In this document: one piece after another, positions 24,143 through 35,023 of the stretch
How positions within the stretch are numbered: position 1 is the first letter of the stretch
Layout of the letters: every line of letters begins with the position of its first letter
Notes under the pieces: generated by a model
The model's input: only the letters and a program-made list of their open reading frames with translations
Databases searched by the model: none
What the model was told of the DNA's origin: nothing
Program-made: the position numbers and the translations under genes
Source of the DNA: an uncultured Acidobacteriota bacterium
GTDB lineage: Bacteria > Acidobacteriota > Vicinamibacteria > Vicinamibacterales > Fen-181
Assembly (NCBI GenBank): GCA_963717945.1
Contig: CAVQXT010000007.1
Coordinates: forward strand, 1,006,808 to 1,070,807
Reading direction: 5' to 3'
DNA length: 64,000 nucleotides

Positions 24143-27014
24143 GGGTTCGCAGCCTCACGCGCCTCGACGCTGGTCGCTCCACTCGTCGTGGGGGGAGCTG
24201 GCGTTCGCGGGCCTCCTTGTCGCCATGGCGTCGGGCGTCGCGCTGGCCTTGCCCTACGACGCCGGCCGTCCGTACGACTCGGTGGCGTGGCTGATCCTGA
24301 CCAACCCGGCGGCGTCCTTCTTCCGGAACGTCCACTACTGGGCAGGGCAGTGGTTCCTTGTCCTGACCCTCGCGCACACCTGGGACCATCTGTCGAGATG
24401 GACCGAGACGCGGGTCCCCCGAAGCAGGTGGTGGCGAGTCACGGCGTCGCTGCCGCTTGCCGGGTTCGTGATGTTCTCGGGCTTCCTGTTGAAGGGGGAC
24501 GCGGAGTCGCAGCAGGCGCTGCGTCTCGTCACGGCCCTGCTGGACCAGGTCCCTGTCGTCGGCCATCTGCTCGCCGTCTCCCTGTTCGGGTCCGAGGGAC
24601 ACCGCCAGATCCTCTACGTGCACCACGTGGCGACGGCCTCGATGCTGACGTGGGTCTTTACCGCGGAACATGCCCGCGCCCTCTGGCCGCGCTTCGTCTC
24701 GGTCGTCGAAACGGTGGTGCCGATTGCGTGGCTGAGCTTGTTCCTGACGCCCGCGCTGCATGACGGGCTCGACCCTGTCGCCAAGGGGCCCTGGTATTTC
24801 CTGGGTCTGCAGGAGGCCCTCCACTGGATCAGCGAGCCGTTGTGGCTCGTTGCGGTCGCGGTCGCGGTCTTGATCGTGATCCTTCGGCTGCCGCGATGGT
24901 CCGAGCGCCGGGCCCGCACAGCCAAGTGGGCGCTGGTGGTTGTGACCGTCGGCTACGCGATGCTGACGGTGGTCGGCGTGTGGTTTCGCGGAGAGAACTG
25001 GTCGCTCGTCGAGCCGTGGAGCGCGAACGCGGATATCTCGCGGTCCACCGGCCTCGAACTGGCCGGCCTCGGGCGCTGGTGGGGACCGCCGGTGGCAGAC
25101 GTCGTCGCGCACGACATCCCGGTTGTCCTCGGGCGCCGGGAGGGGTGCCTGTTCTGTCATGCCGGCATGGCCGGGTTGTCACCCTCGCACAGCGCGGAGG
25201 CGGTGGGCTGCGCGTCGTGTCACGACGGAAATCCGTTCAGCCTGGACAAGACGACGGCGCACGCGGGGCTCGTGCTGATTCCGGGCAACCTCGCGTCGGC
25301 GAGTCGCACGTGCGGCACGCCGGCCTGCCATCCCTCTCAGGTCGAGCGGGTGTCGCGCTCGCTGATGACGACGATGGCCGGTGTCGTGTCAGTCGATCGC
25401 GCGGTGTGGGGAACGCCGGCGCGGGAGGCGCGACCGGCGAACGTCGAGACCCTCGGGCGGACGGGCGCCGACAGCCACCTGAGACAGTTGTGCGCGTCGT
25501 GCCATCTCGGGGCGGTGAAGACGGTGCCCGGTCCGACGCGCGAGGACTCGCGGGGCGGCGGCTGCAACGCCTGCCATCTGCAGTACTCGCCGGCGGCGCT
25601 GGCCGACTTGTCGCGCCGAACCACCGCGGCGCCGCGCGCGCACCCGGACGTCTCGATCGCGATTCAGCCAGTCGCCTGCTTTGGCTGCCACAGCAGGTCG
25701 GGACGGATCTCGACGAGCTACGAGGGGTGGAGCGAAATCTCCGGCAAGGCTGAAGCCTCGCCCAACGCTCGAAGCGAGGGATGGGGCGCTACTCCGGTAG
25801 GGCGGGGCTCAAGCCCTGCCAAGACTCGCCGTCTCGCGGATGGCCGCGTCTTCATCTTCGTCTCTCCCGACGTTCACGCGCGCAGCATGGACTGCGTGGA
25901 CTGCCACACCGCGCGGGAAGTGATGGGCGACGGCGCGACCCACGCGCGTCAGTACCAGGCCGTGCGGGTGCAGTGCGAGGACTGCCACTCGCGACGGCTC
26001 TCGGCTTCGGGCTCCGGGCTTCAGGCCTCAGGCCGTGCCACACCGTTCACCACCGACGGCCTGCTGCCTGCTATTTCGTCCGATCGTCTCGACTCGGAGT
26101 CCCGGAAGATCGCGGAACTACGGGGCCGGAACAGGCCGGGCGAGCTGTTCCTCGCCACGGCCAGGGGCGGCGACGCGCTGATGAACACCGGCGTCGATCC
26201 GCAAGGCGTGGCCTGGCTCGCGGCGAAACGATCCGGCAAGCGCCTCCCTCTCAAACCGCCGGCGGCGGTGTGCGTGCGGGGCGCCGGGCACGAGCGGCTC
26301 TCGTGCATCAGTTGCCACGCGGCCTGGGCGCCGCGCTGCCCGCAGTGCCACACGGCGTTGGATCCGCAGGCGAAGGCCGTGGATCTGCTGGACGGCCGGA
26401 CGACCGAGGGCGCCTGGATCGAGACGCCGGGAGAATATCGCGCCGTGCCGCCGACACTCGGCATTCGCCTCGACCCGACGGGGCAGGCGGCGCGAGAAGC
26501 CGTGGACACGTTCATCCCGGGGATGGTGATGACGCTCGATCGGAACCAGGCGGCCGGCGCGAAGCCGGACCTGGTGTTCCGGCGCCTGTACGCGCGTGCC
26601 TTCTCGCACACGATCGGCAAGACGGCGCGGTCCTGCCAGTCGTGCCACGCGGACCCCGTGGCGCTCGGATACGGGGAGGGGACGCTGCGCTACGGCCGGG
26701 ATGGTGACCGTGGGCGGTGGCGCTTTGCGCCGCGCTTCGCGCCGGGTCCGGACGGCCTGCCGGCCGACGCCTGGATCGGATTCCTGCAGGAACGGAGCGC
26801 GGCGACATCCACGCGCCGGGACGTGCGGCCCTTCACCGTTGCGGAGCAGAAGAGGATTCTGACCGTCGGCGCGTGCCTGACCTGTCACGCACCCTCAGGG
26901 AATGGCACGGAACTGAAGTTCTGTGCCGACAGGAGGAAGGCCTGTGCGCCGATTCCAGACTGGCGCGCCGCGCTCGCACGCGTGACTCCGAAGTGTCTGG
27001 TCCCGTCTTGGTGA
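24132..27014 (+). CDS. Cytochrome b (b6 + subunit-IV-like) fused to a periplasmic multihaem cytochrome c (11 CXXCH + 1 CX4CH)
   Basis: ATG 24132 within ORF 24090..27014, overlapping the Rieske stop. HYWAGQWFLVLTLAH (13 residues between the His), HHVATASMLTWVFTAEH (14 between), and GPWYFLGLQE (PEWY-like). Haem motifs follow: CLFCH, CASCH, CGTPACH, CASCH, CNACH, CFGCH, CVDCH, CEDCH, CISCH, CPQCH, CQSCH, CLTCH. Confidence 0.85.
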   Translation: MSPEGSQPHAPRRWSLHSSWGELAFAGLLVAMASGVALALPYDAGRPYDSVAWLILTNPAASFFRNVHYWAGQWFLVLTLAHTWDHLSRWTETRVPRSRWWRVTASLPLAGFVMFSGFLLKGDAESQQALRLVTALLDQVPVVGHLLAVSLFGSEGHRQILYVHHVATASMLTWVFTAEHARALWPRFVSVVETVVPIAWLSLFLTPALHDGLDPVAKGPWYFLGLQEALHWISEPLWLVAVAVAVLIVILRLPRWSERRARTAKWALVVVTVGYAMLTVVGVWFRGENWSLVEPWSANADISRSTGLELAGLGRWWGPPVADVVAHDIPVVLGRREGCLFCHAGMAGLSPSHSAEAVGCASCHDGNPFSLDKTTAHAGLVLIPGNLASASRTCGTPACHPSQVERVSRSLMTTMAGVVSVDRAVWGTPAREARPANVETLGRTGADSHLRQLCASCHLGAVKTVPGPTREDSRGGGCNACHLQYSPAALADLSRRTTAAPRAHPDVSIAIQPVACFGCHSRSGRISTSYEGWSEISGKAEASPNARSEGWGATPVGRGSSPAKTRRLADGRVFIFVSPDVHARSMDCVDCHTAREVMGDGATHARQYQAVRVQCEDCHSRRLSASGSGLQASGRATPFTTDGLLPAISSDRLDSESRKIAELRGRNRPGELFLATARGGDALMNTGVDPQGVAWLAAKRSGKRLPLKPPAAVCVRGAGHERLSCISCHAAWAPRCPQCHTALDPQAKAVDLLDGRTTEGAWIETPGEYRAVPPTLGIRLDPTGQAAREAVDTFIPGMVMTLDRNQAAGAKPDLVFRRLYARAFSHTIGKTARSCQSCHADPVALGYGEGTLRYGRDGDRGRWRFAPRFAPGPDGLPADAWIGFLQERSAATSTRRDVRPFTVAEQKRILTVGACLTCHAPSGNGTELKFCADRRKACAPIPDWRAALARVTPKCLVPSW

Positions 27015-27019
27015 TCCTG

Positions 27020-27146
27020 CCCGCCTCGCCGATGTCCGGGTGGCATTTCCTGGCCAGGCGGCGAAACACCCGGTCGATGGTGCCTTCGTCCGCGTTGGGG
27101 GTGAGTTGCAGCAGGTCGTAGCAGTCGACGAACGGGTCCTCGGTGA
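27020..27146 (-). pseudogene. Truncated copy (first ~42 codons) of the J-domain gene
   Basis: ~17 mismatches in 127 nt versus 20340-20466 (hand count). It translates VTEDPFVDCYDLLQLTPNADEGTIDRVFRRLARKCHPDIGEA. Homology stops about 5 nt downstream of the multihaem gene's stop codon (27012-27014). Confidence 0.75.
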
Positions 27147-27317
27147 CTGGTCACCCCCCTCGGCCGGGCGCATCAAGCGGCCCGTCTCGACACAAAACCG
27201 TTCACCACGGTGCGTCGGCCGCTCGACGGGCGAGCATCGGTTCCCACGGCCGGAGGCCCATCCAGCCCCGCGCCAGGCAGGCGCTGCGCCCGCCGGACCG
27301 TGCTATCCTCCTCGTCC

Positions 27318-27722
27318 GTGCGCATCGACCGACCCTCCGAGTTCTCCCTGACCGTCGAACGCTCCCGCTTCTACGCGCTGCTGGCGCCGCTCGCCTCGCC
27401 GGGCGATATCGACCTGCTGCTGAAGAACAGGCGCCGCGACTACCGCAAGGCCGTTCACCATTGCTGGGCCTACCGCTGCCGTGATGCCGCCGGCGCCATT
27501 GTCGAGGTGTCGAAAGACGATGGGGAAGTGGGACATCCGGGCCGGGTCCTGCTCGAACTGCTGAAGAAGCACGATCTCGAGGGGGTGCTCGTCGTCTCGC
27601 GGATCTTCGGCGGCGTGAAGCTCGGCGTCGGCGGCGTCTCGCGGGCGTTTCGCGATGCGGGGCAGGGAGCCATCAACAGGATGGCTCAGGGCTCAGGACT
27701 CAAGGCTCAGGGCTCGGAGTGA
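27318..27722 (+). CDS. yigZ: YigZ/IMPACT-family (UPF0029) protein
   Basis: ORF 27210..27722, plausible GTG start at 27318. VERSRFYALLAPL...AVHHCWAYRC...SKDDGEVGHPG...VVSRIFGGVKLGVGGVSRAF. The last ~12 codons are encoded by a GGCTCAR heptamer tract. Confidence 0.75.
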   Translation: MRIDRPSEFSLTVERSRFYALLAPLASPGDIDLLLKNRRRDYRKAVHHCWAYRCRDAAGAIVEVSKDDGEVGHPGRVLLELLKKHDLEGVLVVSRIFGGVKLGVGGVSRAFRDAGQGAINRMAQGSGLKAQGSE

Positions 27723-27854
27723 GGGGCGCCTGTCCGCCGAAGCCGTGAGGGCGAAGGCGGAAGGGGCAAGGGATCAGCGGTCAGCGGATCGCGGTTGGTG
27801 GTCCGCCACCACCGGGCAACGCGCCCGTCGGCACCACCGGGATTGGAGAGCGGC

Positions 27855-28163
27855 ATGGGGCACACGCTTCGATGGAAATTCGACCTTGTGGAATTCCTGC
27901 TGATTGTCGTCTTCGTCGGTGTCGTATCGTGGCGTCTGGGGTCAGCATCGGGGGGCTACGTCTATTCTGAACAAACGACGCGCGCGGAACAGGCGGAGCT
28001 GAAAAGCCGATATGGACCCCAGCGTTACTCGGAGCACGACGAGGAGTGGATTGCCCGCGACTTCTTTCAGGACCGACGCGGTGGAGTGTTCGTCGACATC
28101 GGCGCCGGCCACTATCGCGATTTCAGTAACACGTTCTACCTCTGCTTTCAGCCGCTCAAGTGA
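27855..28163 (+). pseudogene. N-terminal fragment of an FkbM-type SAM methyltransferase
   Basis: ATG 27855 within ORF 27795..28163. GGVFVDIGAGHYRDFSNTFYL is followed by an early stop, and no continuation was found in other frames. Confidence 0.45.
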
Positions 28164-28248
28164 TTGTGGCGGCTGGCAGCAGGCAGACGACCGTGGCCCG
28201 AAGTCCGAAGCCCGTGACCTGAAGCTTGAGGATCGAAAGGGCGCAACG

Positions 28249-28677
28249 ATGACAGCACGCACCTACGAGATCTATCTGCCGGGCGCATTCAGGGTCTGGT
28301 TCCTGATCATGGCCATCATCACGATCGGGATGCCGATCCTGGTCCTTGTGACGACCGGTCAGCCCGGAGGGCCCCCTTGGCCTGTGGCGGTCCTCTTCCC
28401 GGGTGTCATGGGAATCGTCTGGGTCATGGTCTTGCGGACTCCGCATCGCATCGAGGTGCACGCGGACGAGCGCATCGAGTTCGTTGCGGTCCTGAGGCGA
28501 CGAATCGTTCCTGTCTCCGACATCTTCAGCGTACGGCCGCACCGTACTCAATTCGGGTGGCTGGTCATTCGATATTCCGGCGGCAGAATCGCCATCGCGA
28601 ACCAGTTCACCGGTTTCCACCAGCTGCTCTCCGAACTGGCGCAGCGCAACCCCGGCGCTGAGCTGTTGGGCTGCTGA
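28249..28677 (+). CDS. Small membrane protein, hypothetical
   Basis: ATG 28249 within ORF 28012..28677. Two TM helices, then a soluble beta-rich tail (HRIEVHADERIEFVAVLRRRIVPVSDIFSVRP). Confidence 0.5.
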   Translation: MTARTYEIYLPGAFRVWFLIMAIITIGMPILVLVTTGQPGGPPWPVAVLFPGVMGIVWVMVLRTPHRIEVHADERIEFVAVLRRRIVPVSDIFSVRPHRTQFGWLVIRYSGGRIAIANQFTGFHQLLSELAQRNPGAELLGC

Positions 28678-28920
28678 TCGGGCCTCGGGAGCACGCTGCC
28701 ACGAGGCAGGCAAATCGTCGGGCTTGACGCCGAACGCGAGCGAATATGGGCAGACGACTTCGCAAGGCTGACTTGCTCATCTCTCGTGGACCGGGCCCTC
28801 CTGGACGCTCAGCGATTACCTCCGCGCCTCGACGGCCGCGCACTACTTGTGGGCGCGGACCCGAGTCCGCCGCTGGCAACGGGCCCAGGAGCGGGATGAC
28901 GATAAGAGCTGAAGGGGATC

Positions 28921-28960
28921 CGATCTTGCGATCTTGCGATCTTGTAATCTTGCGATCTTG
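28921..28960. repeat. Five tandem octamers CGATCTTG (one variant TAATCTTG)
   Basis: Read directly: cgatcttg cgatcttg cgatcttg taatcttg cgatcttg. Four GATC sites at 8-nt or 16-nt spacing. Confidence 0.9.
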
Positions 28961-29113
28961 CGAAGCCTGCCCGCCGAAGCTCGACTTGTCCGCCATCGCC
29001 ACATCGCGGCGAAGGCGGAAGAGCCAAGGCGGGAGAGACGTAAGCCGCCAGCCGTGAGGCTACCAGGGCTTGGATCGGGTATCGTATGGAGTAACTGCTT
29101 CGAAAGGAATCAA

Positions 29114-29245
29114 ATGGCCAGGCAGAACTACCAGTTCGAGAAGCGCAAGAAAGAGCTCGAGAAGAAGAAGAAGAAGGCGGAAAAGCTGGAGCGAAAAGCG
29201 TCCAAGTCCACTTCCGAACCCGAGAAGGTAGACACTCCCACCTAA
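29114..29245 (+). CDS. 43-aa lysine-rich small protein
   Basis: ATG 29114 within ORF 28934..29245: MARQNYQFEKRKKELEKKKKKAEKLERKASKSTSEPEKVDTPT. Locally AT-richer codons. Confidence 0.45.
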   Translation: MARQNYQFEKRKKELEKKKKKAEKLERKASKSTSEPEKVDTPT

Positions 29246-29306
29246 CGGGAAGTGTCGGACGTCGCCAGCGGCCCGGGTTTGGCCGGTCGGTCCGATTCGA
29301 GGAGGT

Positions 29307-29786
29307 GTGCTCGTGCAGAAGCAGACACCCAGAGTCAATCCGTCGGAAGAGACCATCGAGATTGGTCCGGTACGCATCCGGTTTCTCCTCACGTCCGACG
29401 ACTCGGGCGGCAGCGCATCGGTGTTCGAGTTCACCGTCCCCGCCGGTCAGAAGCTGGCGGCGCCGGCCCACAAGAACGACGCCTACGAGGAGGTCCTCTA
29501 CGGGGTCGCGGGGGTCCTGACCTGGACGGTTGACGGCACGCCGATCGAGGTCGGCCCCGGGCAGGTCCTGTGCATCCCGCGCGGTGCGGTGCATCGGTTC
29601 GACAACTTCGGCCGCGAAGACGTGAAACAGCTCGTAGTCATCGCCCCTGCGATCATGGGCCCCGCGTACTTCCGCGAGGCGGCCGAGCTCCTCGTGTCCG
29701 CCGGCGGCGGTCCGCCCGACAAGGCAAAGATGATGGACGTCTTCCGCCGTCATGGCATGACGTTGGCGCCACCGCCGGCCAGGTAG
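29307..29786 (+). CDS. Cupin-domain protein
   Basis: ORF 29307..29786 with GGAGG upstream. PAHKNDAYEEVLYGVAGVL...GQVLCIPRGAVHRFDN. Confidence 0.65.
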   Translation: MLVQKQTPRVNPSEETIEIGPVRIRFLLTSDDSGGSASVFEFTVPAGQKLAAPAHKNDAYEEVLYGVAGVLTWTVDGTPIEVGPGQVLCIPRGAVHRFDNFGREDVKQLVVIAPAIMGPAYFREAAELLVSAGGGPPDKAKMMDVFRRHGMTLAPPPAR

Positions 29787-29835
29787 CGGGCGGCGGTTCA
29801 GGGCCGGCCGCAAGGTCGGCGGCTAAAGACCCGGC

Positions 29836-32916
<3,081 letters not shown>

Positions 32917-32967
32917 AGCGGGGAAGCCATGTTACCATCGCCTCTCGAGTTCGCGCGAACAGGCCCC

Positions 32968-34152
32968 ATGAACGAACCGAAGCGACTTCTCCTCACGGGC
33001 GGCGGCACGGCCGGTCACGTGAACCCGGCCCTCGCCATCGGCCGGGCCGTGGCGGGCGCGAGCACGCGCGTGCTGTTCGTCGGCGTGCGCGGCCGGGCCG
33101 AGGCCACCATCGTGCCGCGGGAGGGGATTCCGATCCGCTTCGTCCGGGCGTCGGGCTTTCCCGGCGGCCGCCCGTCGATGGCGCTCGCCCGGTTCTTCGC
33201 GAACCTCGCAATCGGCTTCTGCCAGGCCTGCGTGATCGTGCTGACGTTCCGGCCGACGGTCATCGTCGGCACCGGAGGGTTCGCGTCGGCGCCGGTGATG
33301 TTCGCGGCGGCGTTCCTCCGAAGGCTCGGGCTCAGCCGGGCGCGCCTCTACGTCCACGAGCAGAACGCCGAGCCCGGCAAGCTCAACCAGGTGGCGGGCC
33401 GGCTGGCCGATCGGGTCTTCGTGACCTTCCCCGAGACGCTGCGGCGCTTTCCGGGAAACGGCGTGCTCGCGGGCTATCCGCTGCGCCGGCGCATCGCGGC
33501 CGTCGATCGCGAGCAGGCGAGGGCCCGGCTCGATTTCGTGATTCCTCCGGGCCGCCAGGTCGTGTTCGCCTTCGGCGGCTCGCAGGGGGCTCGCACCATC
33601 AACCGCGCGGTCGTGGACGCGCTCGGCGACCTGATCCCCCAGAAGGACCGCCTGTTCGTCGTGCACGGCACGGGCCTTTTCAAGGGCGCGGGCTACGACG
33701 CCGGCGCGGATACGAAGGCGAGGCTCGAGTCGGTCTACACGGAGGCGGAACGGCGCGAGATCGAGTCGTTCTACGTCAGCCGCCCGTTCTTCTACCAGAT
33801 CGAAGACGTGTACGCTCTGGCCGACCTGGTCGTCACGCGGGGCGGGGCGGGCAGCCTCTACGAGATTGCCTCGCTCGGCTTGCCGGCGATCGTCATCCCG
33901 AAGGCGAACCTGCCGGGCGACCACCAGGTGATGAACGCGCGCGCCATGGCCCGATGCGGCGGCGCGGTGGTGATCTACGAGGGCGCCAGCCTGGCGGGCG
34001 GACGGATCGACGAGCGGGTGGACGGCCGGACGCTCGCCGCCGCGATCACCAGGCTGCTCTCCGACGAGCGCGCGCTCGCCGCGATGGCGCAGCGCAGCCG
34101 CGCGTTCAGCCAGGCCGACGCCGTGAGCGTGATCGAGCGGTGCATCAAAGGG
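32968..34152 (+). CDS. murG: MurG-like GT28 glycosyltransferase; there is no in-frame stop, and it appears to continue by a +1 shift into the HEAT ORF
   Basis: Part of the 2057-aa ORF 29953..36126. MNEPKRLLLTGGGTAGHVNPALAIGRAV...FGGSQGARTIN...VVTRGGAGSLYEIASLGLPAIVIP. Alternative start ATG 32929. Confidence 0.7.
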
Positions 34153-34189
34153 CGCGGATGCCGCGGGGAACGCCGCCCGGCCGGCCGTC

Positions 34190-35023
34190 GTGCAGGCGAA
34201 CGGCGAAATGCGCGGCGCGCCGGCGATCGAGGCGCTACCGTCCAACGACGTGCTGCTCGGGCGCCTGGAACGGGCGCTGGCCGCGCGCGGGGCCGCGTAC
34301 CGGCCCGACGACGTCGTCACCGCGCCCGGCGATCGCGCGTACTTCGTCAGCCGCGCCGCCCTGCTGCTGGCGAGGACCTCGTGGGAGCGCCGCAACGTCG
34401 GCGTCAAGCTGCTCGGCCTGCTCAAGGCGCGCGAGGGAGTGCCGCTGCTGCTGGCCCTGCTGGCCGACAAGCGTCCGGCGCCCCTCATCAAGCGGATGCT
34501 CGGCGGCGACTACGAGCAGGTGGGCTTCATCCGGCGCAACATCGTGACCGCGTTCGGCCGGATCGGGGACCCTTCGCCCGAGGTGGAGGCGGCGCTCGTC
34601 GCGGCGTTCGAGGATCCCTACTACGAAGTGAGAGCCGAGGCCGCGCGGGTGTCGGCCCGGCTGGCGGCCGGCTTCCGGGACCGCGACGCCCTGGTGGCCG
34701 GCCTGAAGCGCCTGCTGCCCGATCGCTGGCTCGAAGTGGCGGCCGCCGCGGCGCGGGCGCTGGGCGAGGTGGGGTCGGAGCGCGACGCGCTCCCGGCCCT
34801 GCTCGCGCTCAAGGACGCGCGGTTCTGGCACGTGCGGGCCGCCGCGCTCGAGGGGCTGCTGTCGCTCGTCGAGCGGGGGGAGGGCGGCGACCCGAACGCG
34901 CTGGTCGCCGGCCTGGGCGGCTTCGTCCTCACCTCGACCGACTTCAAGCCGGAATTCGAGATCAAGCGCCTGTACGGCCGGCTGCTGAAATCGGTGGCCG
35001 ACCGCGAAGGAGGCGAGCGGTGA
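34190..35023 (+). CDS. HEAT-repeat protein (probably the C-terminal domain of the MurG-like protein)
   Basis: ORF 34190..35023; the frame is open from 34133. It contains repeated ...VRAEAARVSARL..., WLEVAAAAARALGEVG and WHVRAAALEGL. Confidence 0.6.
   Translation: MQANGEMRGAPAIEALPSNDVLLGRLERALAARGAAYRPDDVVTAPGDRAYFVSRAALLLARTSWERRNVGVKLLGLLKAREGVPLLLALLADKRPAPLIKRMLGGDYEQVGFIRRNIVTAFGRIGDPSPEVEAALVAAFEDPYYEVRAEAARVSARLAAGFRDRDALVAGLKRLLPDRWLEVAAAAARALGEVGSERDALPALLALKDARFWHVRAAALEGLLSLVERGEGGDPNALVAGLGGFVLTSTDFKPEFEIKRLYGRLLKSVADREGGER

Noticed and set aside
23717-27014. Canonical cytochrome bc1 or b6f operon
   Set aside because: There is no cytochrome c1 or f gene, cytochrome b and subunit IV are fused, and the protein is extended by a multihaem domain. 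It is treated instead as a non-canonical Rieske/cyt b complex.
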